64,000 bases of DNA from Octopus vulgaris (GCA_951406725.2 OX597840.1:13764001-13828000); one strand, 5' to 3'; shown: positions 13,783 through 26,197, counted from the stretch's first letter. Made by a program: numbers and translations. Notes: a model not told the origin generated them from the letters alone.

Positions 13783-14097
13783 ACAGTAAGCCCTTGCCTA
13801 TCACGGTTCACCTATCGCAGTTCACCTATCGTGTTCATCTATCACAGTTCACCTATCATGTTCATCTATCACAGTTCACCTATCGTGTTCATCTATCACA
13901 GTTCATCTATTGCGGTTCACCTATCGTGTTCATCTATCACAGTTCATCTATCACAGTTCACCTATCACAGTTCACCTATCACAGTTCACCTATCACAGTT
14001 CACCTATTGCAGTTCACCTATCACAGTTCACCTATCGTGTTCACCTATCACAGTTCACCTATCGTGTTCATCTATCGCGGTTCACCTATCACGGTTT
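13783..14097 (+). repeat. 13-14-bp minisatellite (ttcacctatcacag) adjoining a Tigger/pogo-like TIR
   Basis: Begins at ta-cagtaagcccttgcctatcacggttcacc, then about 20 units. Confidence 0.8.
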
Positions 14098-14209
14098 ATT
14101 ATTTAAGCTTACGTCAAATCTTTCGTAGTGTTATTTTGCATTTATAATAAAATAAACATATGCAAATTATAAAAATAATAAAAAAATATATATCATACAG
14201 TACTGTATA

Positions 14210-14608
14210 GGCATAGGAGTGGCTGTGTAGTAAGTCGCTTGCTTACGAACTACATGGTTCCAGGTTCAGTCCTACTGCGTGGCACCATGGGCAAGTGTCT
14301 TCTACTATAGCCTCGGGCCGACCAAAGCCTTGTGAGTTGATTTAGTAGATGGAAACTGAAAGAAGCCTGTTGTATATATGTATATATATATATGTATGTG
14401 TGTGTATATGTTTCTGTGTCCGTGTTTGTCCCCCCAACATCGCTTGACAACCGATGCTGGTGTGTCTATGTCCCCCATAACTTAGCAAAAGGGACCGATA
14501 GAATAAGTACTAGGCTTACAAAGAATAAGTCCTGGAGTCGATTTGCTCGACTAAAAGGCGGTGCTCCAGCATGGCCACCGTCAAATGACTGAAACAACTA
14601 AAAGAGTA
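14210..14608 (+). mobile_element. SINE family A
   Basis: Full head-to-tail match to the other copies. Confidence 0.9.
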
Positions 14609-14741
14609 CTGTTTTTTCTTTATGGATTTTCACCTACCACAGAGATTTTTGGAACATAACACCCTCGATAGTCAAGGAATTACTGTATATTAAATATTCA
14701 TAGTGTAAAAATAATGTCTGGAGTATATATATACACATATT

Positions 14742-14889
14742 AAGTAGCTTGCTTCCCAAGCACATGGTTTTAGATCCAGTCTCACTGCATGACACCTTGA
14801 GCAAACGTCTTCTACTATAGCTACAGACCAACCGAAGCCCAACGAATGGATTTAGTGGTCAGAGACTGAAAGCAGCCCATCGTATAATT

Positions 14890-14948
<59 letters not shown>

Positions 14949-15180
14949 CTGTGTGTCTCTTCGTTTGTCTCCCACCATCACTTCACAACTGGGTTGGCGC
15001 ATTTTGGTTTCCATAACTTAGCGGTTCTACAAAAGAGAGTGATAGAATAAGTATTAGGTTTAACAAAAAAAAAAAATAATAAATAAATAGGCACTGGAGT
15101 CAATTCATCCGACTAAAAATACTTCAAAACATTGCTCCAGTATGACCACAGTCTAATGACTGAAGCAATTAAGAGATAAA
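14742..15180 (+). mobile_element. SINE family A, diverged
   Basis: Same order of motifs with an internal (TG)n. Confidence 0.8.
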
Positions 15181-15226
15181 ATATATATACATACATACAT
15201 ATATAATATATACATATGTAAATATT

Positions 15227-15604
15227 CTTTTATTTGTTTCAGTTAGCTGACTGTGGTCATACTGGAGCACCACTTCTAGGTGAACAAATCGACCCCAGGA
15301 CTTATTCTTTGTCAGACTAGTTCTTATTCAATTGGTCTCTTTTGCCGAACTACTAATTTACAGGGATGTAAACACACCAACACTGGTTGTTAAGCAATGG
15401 TGGAGAGACAAACAGACACACAAACATATAAATATATATATATGATGGGCTTCTTTCAGTTTCTGTCTACGAAATCCACACACAAGGCTTTGGTCAGCCC
15501 AAGGCTATAGTAGAAGACACTTGCCCAAGGTGCCACGCAGTGGGACTGAACCCGGAACCATGTGGTTGGGAAGCAAGCTTCTTATCACACAACTACTCCT
15601 GGGC

Positions 15605-15605
<1 letters not shown>
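15227..15605 (-). mobile_element. SINE family A
   Basis: Reverse-complement match; tail-to-tail with 14742-15180. Confidence 0.85.
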
Positions 15606-15680
<75 letters not shown>

Positions 15681-15957
15681 CATCTGCCCAAAATACTGGG
15701 GCAAACATAAGAACAGTATACAGAGGGGCCGTAATAAATCTAAGAGCAAACACATGATATGAGACAGATATAATATTGAGGCCAGGAATGTGGTCTACAG
15801 CATAAAGTGCCAGGTGGGGGATTGTAAGAACAGGAATACAGCATACGTTAGGGAGACTTCTAGGAAACTAAAGCGTTAGCAGAAGTGTAATGACAGGAAT
15901 CAGTGGTCTATTCTCTGTCAGCCAGAAAGGAACATGGTGGCATGCTGAACCAAATTC

Positions 15958-16168
15958 TTTTCTACACTAGACACAAGATCTGAAATTTTGGGGGAGGTGG
16001 CCGGTCAATTAGATCAACCCCAGTATGCAACTGGTACTTAATTTATCAATCCTGAAAGGATGAAAGGCAAAGTCGACCTCGGTGGAATTTGAACTCAGAA
16101 CGTAAAAACAGACAAAATACAGTTAAGGATCTTGCCCGGCATGTTAACATTTCTGCCAGTTTGCCACC
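15958..16168 (-). mobile_element. SINE family B
   Basis: gaaaggatgaaaggcaaagtcgacctc...gaatttgaactcagaacg block. Confidence 0.85.
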
Positions 16169-16261
16169 TGAGCCAAACTGACATCCATATTATGTTCAAA
16201 CAGATAGGAGACCTGTCACTTGGGACAAATATGTCAAGAATCTCCTCATAAATGAGACATT

Positions 16262-16597
16262 GGTTAACTGCGGCCATGCTGGAGCACTGCCTTTAGTCAA
16301 GCAAATCGACCCCAGGACTTATTCTTTGTAAGCCTAGTACTTATTCTATCGGACTCTTTTGCCGAACTGCTAAGTTACAGGGACGTAAACACACCAGCAT
16401 CGGTTGTCAAGCAATGCTGGGGGGACAAACATAGACACACAAACATATACATACACACACATACATATATATACATATATATGACAGACTTCCTTCAGTT
16501 TCCGTCTATGAAATCCACACACAAGGCTTTGGTCAGCCTGAGGCTATAGTAGAAGACACTTGCCCAAGGTGCCACGCAGTGGGACTGAACCCGGAAC
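16262..16597 (-). mobile_element. SINE family A, truncated
   Basis: Reverse-complement match to family A. Confidence 0.85.
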
Positions 16598-16849
16598 TCA
16601 GATACTGAATAGAAAATATACATAATAGGTAGTTGAACTTCAATGTCACTGTTATCACCTTTGCAATATGCATTTATGGGTGTGTCCATGTGGGTTGGAA
16701 GGTGGGTAGGTTAGTAAGTGGGCAGTTGGATATGTATGAGGGGGTATGCAAAAAAAATATAAAAGGTAAAGTAAGAAGGACAGTGAATGCAGGTAGGCCC
16801 TTACATATTAATACATGTAATATGTACAATTCTAAAACACATCCACAGA

Positions 16850-17310
16850 TGGACATGCACACATGCACATACACACACACACATCATGCATACACATGTG
16901 CACACACCATGCATACACACACCAAGCATACACACATGACATGCATATACACATATATATGCTGTACATGCACATGTACACACAAAATGCATACATATGC
17001 CACACATACACACTTACACACACCTTGCATACACATATACATATGCCATGCCACACATGTACACACAAAATGCATACATATGCCACACATACACACTTAC
17101 ACACACCTTGCATACACACATACACATGCCATGCCACACATGTACACATGCCATGCATACACACATACAGACATGCACAGGCACAGGCACACACACATGC
17201 ACAGGCACACATACACACACACACACACAAGCATTTGCTCTTACCCTTATATCCTCTTCTAAGCAAACACACATCTACACATACACATACAAGCATGCAT
17301 ACACATAGAC
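16850..17310. repeat. Degenerate CA/CATG-rich tandem repeat with ~80-bp higher-order duplication
   Basis: atgccacacatacacacttacacacaccttgcatacac occurs twice. Confidence 0.8.
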
Positions 17311-17611
17311 ACCAAACCAATTCTCAGACAGATGCAGGCCTCACCTTGGAGCAATGGGAGAAGTCTCTAAGTCACTGAAAAAGGTTGCTAACAGCTATGA
17401 AAGAACTTTGACAAACAACTGATTAATTGTTTAACCAACATATTAAACAAATGATTGATTAGTTAGTTGGTTAGATATTTAAGCAACTGACAATAAAGAA
17501 GTAGATTTGAACCTGTGCATGTGTTGTTTATTATTGGTGTAATGACCGTCCCAAGACAAAGTAATATATATACATAAATACATATACATACATGCATACA
17601 CTGATATATAT

Positions 17612-17842
17612 ATTTCTTTACTGCCCACAAGGGGCTAAACACAGAGGGGATAAACAAGGAAAGACATAGGGATTAGGTCAATTACATCGACCCCAGTGCG
17701 AAATGGTACTTTATTTATTGACCCAGAAAGGATGAAAGGCAAAGTCGACCTTGGCGGAATTTGAACTCAGAACGTAACGACAGACGAAATACCGCTAAGC
17801 ATTTCGCCAGGCATGCTAACGATTCTGCCAGCTCACAACCTT
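17612..17842 (-). mobile_element. SINE family B, near full length
   Basis: Head to taaagaaata tail on the minus strand. Confidence 0.9.
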
Positions 17843-18649
17843 GTATACACTGATATATATGTTGGTGGTGGTGGCTTTATCTTGTATCCAAGAATTCATT
17901 TTCTTCTTTGTGGAATGCTTCTTTTATGGTGATGGTGTTGATGACTAAAGCAAACCAATTCTTGCCTATGAGCCAATGTCATTGACTGCATGTCATTGAC
18001 TGCATGTCATTGACTGGTGGAGGATGAGGTTGATCTTGTCAAGCCTTTCTTTCCTGCTGTTTAATTTCTTCCTTTTCTCTTCTGAAAGTTTTTGGTTCCG
18101 ATGGTGAATGTATGGGATTAATTATCTCTAAATGCAAATTTGTATTTTTCTGAGTCAAGTTATACACTACTGCGATCATCAGGGGAACCGTTTCCACAGG
18201 ATTTTAGTTGGTTTATACACGCTGGAGTAGGTTTATTCATTTATGCATACCTACCATTTTCATTGGCTGGTTTCTAAATAAGGTTTTTTTATGAAGTTGT
18301 CAATGGGTTTTCACTGTTTTTTTTTTTGCCAATTTATTGGTCTTTCTGTTTACAATGGTAGCTGTTACGACTGGACAGTTTTTGCATTTTAATTCTTATT
18401 TTTATCATTTTTCATCAAAACAATAGACAAATAAACAAAAATAGAATATGGTAATGTTATCAACAAGTAGATACAGAATGGCTACTAAATCGGGCAATGA
18501 AAAGTAAAATATAGACAAACAACTCTGGCGAAACAGGATAGAATTTAACAAAATGGAATACAATTCAATTATTGGCAAGTGGTGCAAGATGTCTACTATA
18601 TTTGCCAATTAAAAGCAATATATATATATATATATATATGGTGGGGTGT

Positions 18650-18688
<39 letters not shown>

Positions 18689-18814
18689 TTGAAGGGGATA
18701 AATGTTTTTATTTCTCCTTTAGTTTCAGAATTACTACTATTTTGCGGTTTGAGTTTAGCTGCTCTTTTCAAGTGAGTTGAACAGCCTGTCAGGGTCATTC
18801 CTTAATATTATTGT

Positions 18815-18861
<47 letters not shown>

Positions 18862-18862
<1 letters not shown>

Positions 18863-19280
18863 TCATCATCGCAGCTTAAACATCCGCTTTCCATGGTGGC
18901 ATGGGTTGGACGGTTTGACTGAAGACTGGTGAGCCAGAAAGCTGCACCAGGCTCCAATCCCATCTGGCAAAATTTCTACAGCTGGATGCCCTTCCCAATG
19001 CCAACCACTCTGAGAATATAGTGGGTGCTTTTTATGTGCCACCAGCACAAGGGCCAGTCAGGCGGTAGTGGCATCGACTATGCTTGAATGGTGCTTTTTA
19101 TGTGCTACCAGCACGGGAGTTAGTCAGGTAGCACTGGCAGCGATTACGCTCGAATGGTGCTTTTTATGTGCCCACCAGTATGGGACCAGTCATGCAGCAC
19201 AGGCATTGACCATGCTTGAATTGTGCTTTTTACGTGCCACTGGCATGGGAGCCAATTAAGTGGTACTGTCATTGGCCAGA
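18862..19280 (-). mobile_element. RTE LINE 3'UTR and tail
   Basis: Terminal motif plus ~60-bp ggtgctttttatgtgcca subrepeats. Confidence 0.85.
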
Positions 19281-21969
19281 ACAAACAGTAAGTTATCCTT
19301 ATAGTACTTGGAGTTTTGAATGTCAGAGCAAAGAGCTACGATGCATTCTGGTCAGCTATTAATGGCAAGAGACACTATGAAAAACCGTTGAAAAAAAGGG
19401 AAGTTACTCTAATAGGTAGAAAAATAAAAAATAAAAAAGATAAAAAATACATGCCACCATATTCTCACAATACATAGGCATAAACCTCCTGTGTTCATAA
19501 TATCTACACATGTACACACTCACACGAACATGTATATGTACATGCACATACGCACACAAACATATATGCATGTGCATACTCATACATACACACATATCTG
19601 CACACACATGCACACATGCATATATATGTGTGTGTATGTGTACGCAACATCATCCTCGGCCTTCAGTTTCTGGTCTCACTGGTCTTGCAAGCTTTTCTCT
19701 TGTCGGTGATCTATTGTCATAGAAAAGCAAGAAAAAAGGTGAGATGGCCATAGCTGGAAAAGCTTTGAATATATGAATAGTTTGCTTAATCAGGATTACA
19801 TGATACTAAACAATAACCACAAAACCCACGATTGTAAGCACTAATAACTATTATAACTAACTTTACAAGCTCTTGTAGTCCCAATGCTAAGTAATGGGCA
19901 TTAATAGTAACTGTTACCTTCTCCTCAAAACTAACTAGTTTACTTTCTAATACTAACTAAAACAACCACCAATATTAATTAATGTAACTACTGGCAAGAT
20001 GGCGAGCAGGCAGAAACAGCACACTTGGAGGAATGCTTAGTAGTATTTCGTCTGTCTTTATGTTCTGAGTTCAAATTCTACCAAGAATGGAGTAGGAGAA
20101 AGAGTAGTATAAATGCAGGGAGAGGAGAAAAAATAGTAGTTCAGTGAAGGAGAAATAGTGAGAGTAATAGTCCTGACTGGGAGTGAGTGTGAGAAAGTAA
20201 TAGCAATGAGAGAAAGGAAGGGGTGATAGATGAATAAGGAAGAAGGAGTGAAAAAAGTTAGCATTTCATCTCTGTGTGAGCATATGTGTGTATATGTAAA
20301 AGGAAGACATGTGAATGTTTGTGTGTGTGAGTGCAATGGAAATGGGATGTTGAACATTCAATGCTGAAAAGAAAAATCAAACAGCGTTTCAACTCTGTAT
20401 GTGTATGTGTGCGTGTACAAGGGAAGTATATGAATGTTTGTTTGTGTGAGTATTATGTAGCTTATTTTCTACCTTCTTTATATATAAAATACTACAATTA
20501 GCTATCATTTTTGACGGTTCAGGGTCAGCTAGCACTATTATAATTACCAATACTAATACAGACTCTAGTAACTACCATAACCACTAAACTAACTTAACTA
20601 TTAAAAGATAGTTAAGTTAGTGTTAACATTTGATGTAGGGAGTATTAAAAACTCGTTATTTGCACTGTGTGTATGGTCAGATCTGAAATGATGATTAGCA
20701 TAATTTATTCTTGATATGTTTTAGCAAATTTGAATATGAATATGTTAATCATTGTTGTGTACGTCACAGAAGAAATTTCCCGTTTACAACTACAATGTGT
20801 TCGTAACACTCAGTTCTTTTGGTGCAAAGGATTCTGTGATCGTTATTTGCACTGTGAATTAAAAAGTTGATGAGAAATAATAATGTAGTGAGAAAGATAA
20901 TTAAGTTAGTATTAACAAAGTTTTGGAAACTTGGCCAAAAAGAAAATTCACATTTATAACTTTGCTTATTACAATGATTAAATAAAAGACGAGTGTTTTC
21001 TAGTTTTAGTTAGATTCTGAGATAATCGAATTGAATACTTAATCAATCAAACAAATAAACCATACAAAAACAGAGGCAGTTAATTTTTTTTGTATGGATG
21101 AATATATTGGCTAAAAAATGTGTGTAGTTTGAGGGTAAATGGTTGCAGTGTACAAATTTAGTATTCAGTATCCATCCTTTGTTTCAAGGGAAAATTTGAT
21201 ATTTTATTAAGTGCAAGACAATATATATTTCTTTGTGTTGTTTAGTACAAATCACTACAGAAATAAATAAAATAAATCTTAGGTTAGAAATATGTGGGAT
21301 GCCTCACATGTATACACTAGAGATTCTGTTTGTGTTTCTTTTAATAGCTGCACAAATTTCTTATCAGTAATCTATCTTTGCCATTATACTGCTCTATTTA
21401 TTTGATTGCAAACACAGCTTTGTTTCAGGTGAAAAGAAATCAATGTTTTCTACATGTTGAGATAAATAAATATTTATTCAATAAATATAAAGTTCTACAG
21501 AAATAATGATGGTAAAAATTGAAAATTAGAGAATAAGTGCGAAATATAAATCCTTCCTATATCTCTGGGGATTGTAAGTGTTGGGTGGGGTATAATTTCC
21601 ATTTTCTTCATAGTTTAATAATGGAAGGCAAGGTTTATGATATAAGAAGAATATCATCTCCTTCCATCATTCTTCTTGTTCTTTATGTAGTTCAGGCTTC
21701 CGGCAGGTGAAGAGAGAAGACTTCAAGTACATCTGCTATTTACAACTGGTTTATTTACAGGAAAGGTGAAGTGTGCTGCTCTCAGCTACCATCTTAAGCT
21801 CCGATAGTGTGGGTGCATTGCCTCTGGAGATAGACAGGCAGAAAGCCTCAGCCAGTGTTGGTGTTCAGCCAGTGTTGGTGTTCAGCCAGTGCTGCTGCGT
21901 AGTGGCACCGAAGAAGTTGGAATCGGTTTTCCGTCTATATCGTTTCTGTGCTGCTACAATAGGAAGCAG

Positions 21970-22108
21970 ATAAGTTTAAGTTAAGTTAAGTTAATTTTTT
22001 GGCTCAAAAAGCAAAAAGGAAGGCCATGGAGTTATGTACAGGGTGATGTTCATGCAAAGAGTTCAGGCCATTTGTGGTCAAGGGAGACTTTGAACCGAGC
22101 GGTGATAG
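21970..22108 (-). mobile_element. Probable LINE 3' end with (TAACT)n tail
   Basis: Reverse complement ends gagccaaaaaattaacttaacttaacttaaactta; clade not determined. Confidence 0.35.
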
Positions 22109-22831
22109 ATAAACCTCATTAAACTGACTCAAAAATTTCCCTCACTCTTATAAACACTCTTCATATATTTGTCTCCTTTTCACAATTCCCTGAACTTCTC
22201 CAATCATTAATAACATTTTTCATTATTGCCTGTCACAACTTTCACTGGAACATCATATATCTCAAATTGTGATTTAAATTTGTTTATGATTGACCGTTTC
22301 CTATAATCAATGAGTTCACTGTTCTAATTCACAAAAATGAGAGACTGGACATTCTTGTATTAAAACAAATCTGCTGCAGTTGTTGACTGTTATAACTCTG
22401 GCACTTATTTGAGCGGTGCTTCAGTTTTGTCAGTTTCTTTAGTGCTAGAAACAATTTTCTCATTTGTTAACCAGTTCAGTGATGTCTTCAGACATCCCAG
22501 GCCATTACAAAAGTTTGCTTTCTGTCTTTGGACATAATGTTTATGTCTATCACCTCATTGCCTTTGGAACACTAGAACAATGGTGAGAAGCTTGTTTCCC
22601 AACCACATGGTTCTGGGTTCAGTCCTGCTGTGTGTGTGGTAATTTGAGCCAGTGTCTTCTACTATAGCCTCAGACCAACCAAAGCCTTGTGAGTGGATTA
22701 GGTAGGCGTTAAATGAAAGAAGCCCATCGTATATATATATAGGGAGAGTTTACGAAAAAAACAAAAGACGAAGACAGGTGGTGTACAAAACAAACAGATG
22801 TATTAGTATAACGCTGAGGAATAGAAAAAGT

Positions 22832-22867
22832 CTTTTACATTTCGAGCCTATGCTCTTCTACAGAAAG
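22832..22867 (-). ncRNA. Variant minimal hammerhead motif (CTGTAGA core)
   Basis: CTTT-CTGTAGA-AGAGC atag GCTC-GAAA-TG-TA/AAAG. Confidence 0.5.
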
Positions 22868-22978
22868 GGACACAGAAAACAAGGAGAGAAAAAAATGTGT
22901 GTAGTGGCTAACGATCTATCATGCCGACTAGTGCCGGACAGAAGGGTCAAACACAAGGAGGAAAGTAGGGGAGATAAC

Positions 22979-23015
<37 letters not shown>

Positions 23016-23165
23016 ATCAACTTATAAAAAAGGGCAAACGAAAAAATGTCTAATGCCAAATATTCCGAAATTAGACACCTTGTCCATAACCATATAATTT
23101 TTCATAATACGCATGCTACTCAAAAAAAGTCGACAGAAATTTCTAAAAAAATTCCATTATTACCA

Positions 23166-23218
23166 TATCGGACCGATTTCAGGGTTAGTTCATAAGAACC
23201 CTCCCTTCATCAGTGATA
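23166..23218 (-). ncRNA. Type I hammerhead ribozyme motif between ~90-bp inverted arms
   Basis: TATCA-CTGATGA-AGGG...CCCT-GAAA-TCGG-TC/CGATA; arms 23012-23101 and 23297-23387. Confidence 0.8.
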
Positions 23219-23465
23219 AATGTGGCAAAGAAATAAATGAGATACTTACTCATACCCATGGAATTTTATATGATTGTTTATGATTGGCCATTTCCTAAAA
23301 ATTATATGGTTATGGACAAGGTGTCTAATTTTGGCATATTGGGCATTAGAAATTTTTTCGTTTGCCCTTATTTATAAGTTGTTTATAAATTTAACCTATA
23401 AATGTATGTTTTTAATATGCTGGCCATTGATAAAATTTTTTTTTCAGAAAAATTTTATCCTACAT

Positions 23466-23508
<43 letters not shown>

Positions 23509-23659
23509 AGATATATAACTTGGCGGTTCGGTAAAAGAGACCGCTAGAATAAGTACTAGGCTTACATAGAATAAGTCCTGGGGCCGAATTGTTTGACTAA
23601 AGGTGGTGCTCCAGCATGGCCGCAGTCACATGACTGAAACAAGTAAAAAAAAAGTAACT

Positions 23660-23778
23660 ATTTATTTTTAGAATGACATTGTCGGGCTGGCGTGAGAGGC
23701 TAGATCTGGACAATTTGACCATAAAACAAGTTGAACATTTGGGGCTGGATATGGCTAGTTTAAAGCTAGAGGGTTAAG
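23660..23778 (+). mobile_element. 3' part of a TTAA-ended MITE (piggyBac-like)
   Basis: Ends tttaaagctagagggTTAA; homologous to the units at 24672-25635. Confidence 0.55.
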
Positions 23779-24269
23779 TTGACTTCTTTTCTAGAATTTG
23801 TACTAATTCGGTCAGTTGACTGTTTCAGTTTCCATTTAGTAGTTTTAGTGTCATTCCTCTGAAATATTGGTAACAAATCAATTTTATAAATCTGATTGTT
23901 TGCCTCATGGGGTAAAGACATGTCATACTTCACAGGATTAATTGTAACAATAATTTCCAATTCTTCTTCTTCATATATTTTTCCAAAGTAATTATAACCC
24001 TGCTGTTTATACTTCTGCAATCTTGGAAGAACTATGTAAAGAATTTGTTCTTAACTCTTTTTCAATTTGACTCTAATCTATTCAGCAGGAATAAAAAATA
24101 TGGACATGTCTGTTACAGAAATGCCTGATTCAGATTTTGCCTTCCTCCATAGCCTTTGTTATGTCAAAATAATGCAGTCGTGGTGAGGTTGAAAAAGCAG
24201 GGCCGGTTTAATGAAATACTTTAGTGTTCAAGCCTGCTATTGCCATGTATGTGATCTTTATCTGCAAGT

Positions 24270-24420
24270 TTCTTATTTCTTTATTGCCGACAGGGGGCTA
24301 AACATAGAGGGGACAAACAAGGACAGTCAATGGGATTAAGTCGATTACATTGACCCCAGTTACTTATTTAATCAACCCCGAAAGGATGAAAGGCAAAGTG
24401 GACCTCAGCGGAATTTGAAC
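24270..24420 (-). mobile_element. SINE family B, 5'-truncated
   Basis: Tail and central domain match family B. Confidence 0.85.
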
Positions 24421-24671
24421 ACTTTTTCTCTATTCTGCTTCATCTCTGTGGAATCTGGTGTCAGTGACCAGATCATAGAGTTTCTCTCAGAGCTTCACTC
24501 AAGCCTAACCAATGAGCTGCTGCAGATTTGGCTAGATGGGTTACCATACCCGACCGACAATGATTCCTGCTGGGATCAGTAGGGAGAAGGTGGGGTTGTA
24601 GAGTAGGAATATCAGAAATTTTATCAAGACCTGATTTTACTCTTCCTTTGGTTATCAGGGGTCCAACATGT

Positions 24672-25635
24672 TTAGCCCTTAAGCATTCACATTACTCTAT
24701 CAAATGTAATGCTTGTTTATTCACATTGTTTTGAATTAATAAGACATTGTCTGATAGGTGTGAGAGGTGAAATCTGGTTGGTTTGGACATAAACAGAGTG
24801 AGTTTTTGGGCTGGATAAGGCTGGTCTAACCCACAAGCATTCAGATTACTCTGTCAAACATAATTCTTATTTATTCCCATTGTCTTGAATTAATCATGGA
24901 TTATCCTGGAGCTTCAAGATTTCAATGATGAGATTGTTTATCTTTACAATAACATTGTAAAGTATGTGCGAGAAGCCAAATGTAGCTGGTTTGAACATAA
25001 GGCATTTTGGGGCTAATATGGCTAATATGGCTGGTTTAACCCTTTAGCATTCAGATTATCCCATCAACTGTGATGCTTATTTATTCACTTTATTTTGTAT
25101 TATCCTGCATTATCTCCTAGGAGTGGCTGTGTGGTAAGTACCTTACCAACCACATGGGTCTGGGTTCAGTCCCACTGTGTGGCACCTTGGCCAAGTGTCT
25201 TCTACTATAGCCTCGGGCTGACCAAAGCCTTGTGAGTGAATTTGCTAGATGGAAACTGAAAGAAGCCCGTCGTATATATGTATATATATATATGTGTGAG
25301 TGTGTGTGTGTGTTTATACGTTTGTGTTTCTGTGTTTGTCCCACCAACATCGCTTGAAAACCGATGCTGGTGTGTTACATTCCCGTAACTTAGCGGGTTG
25401 GCAAAAGAGACTGATAGAATAAGTACTAGGCTTACAACAAATAAGTTCTGGGGTCAATTTGCTCAACTAAAGGCGGTGCTCCAGCATGGCCACAGTCAAA
25501 TGACTGAAACAAGTAAAACATTTGCTTTGAGACTTTGATGATTTTATTTATTTTAAAAAAGACATTATATGATAGGTGTGAGAGGCTGGGTCTGGCCAGT
25601 CTCAACATAAAACAGACAAAGTATTTAGGCTGGAA
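24672..25635 (+). mobile_element. Head-to-tail array of three TTAA-CCC MITE units, the third interrupted by SINE A (25118-25518)
   Basis: ccc(t/a)(t/c)(a/t)agcattca(c/g)atta starts at about 24676, 24830 and 25040. Confidence 0.7.
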
Positions 25636-25675
25636 ATCACATACAGAATGAACAGAGCTTCAGGAGAGACTTAGA

Positions 25676-26197
25676 GCTTAAACTGGGTACATCTTATAGA
25701 GTTTCTACCTATACCTTTTCTACAGATCGAGCAGGGCCATCTACCTGAAGGGATTTGTGGTTTGCATGCCTTCCTACTTATTAGGACTTTGGTTTTAGCT
25801 AGGTTGACTCTAAGGCCCTTCGATTCTAAACCTTGCTTCCACACTTGAAACTTCTCCTCTAGTTCTGATAGTGACTCAGCAATTAGAGCAAGGTCATCAG
25901 CATAGAGGAGGTCCCAGGGGTATCCTGTCTTGAATTCCTCCATTATTGCCTGGAGGACTATGATAAATAGGAGGGGGCTGAGGACTGAACCTTGGTGAAC
26001 CCCTACCTCTACCCTGAATTCTTCAGTCTGTACTTGTTGCCAAACTTCACCTTACTGACAGCATCTCTGTACATGGCTTGCACAGCTCTCACTAACCATT
26101 CATCTATCACTAACTTCCTCATTGACCACTAGATAAGGGATCGGGGGACCCTGTCGAAGGCTTTCTCCATGTCAATGAAAGCCAGGTACAGGGGTTT
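25676..26197 (-). pseudogene. Internal RTE reverse transcriptase fragment
   Basis: LYLAFIDMEKAFDRVPRSLI..., GVHQGSVLSPLLFIIVLQAIMEEFKTGYPWDLLYADDLALIAES...WPCSICRKGIGRNSIRCTQ. Confidence 0.9.

Larger units (their letters stand above)
22583..23655 (+). mobile_element. SINE A split by two hammerhead-bearing inserts in its internal (TA)n
   Basis: SINE 5' half 22583-22730 ends at gaagcccatcgtatat; 3' half resumes at about 23500 (ggcggttcggtaaaagagacc). Confidence 0.8.

Noticed and set aside
13790-14097. Regular short repeats resembling a CRISPR array
   Set aside because: No unique spacers, eukaryotic context, no cas genes.
18170-18190. CTGATGA on the minus strand in unassigned sequence
   Set aside because: No supporting stems.
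21761-21973. GC-richer segment after an AG acceptor with a 66-aa ORF
   Set aside because: Contains a 17-bp tandem repeat and abuts a probable LINE tail; no recognisable protein.
23766-24260. Minus-strand ORF and flanks possibly from a LINE endonuclease region
   Set aside because: Too decayed to assign motifs confidently.
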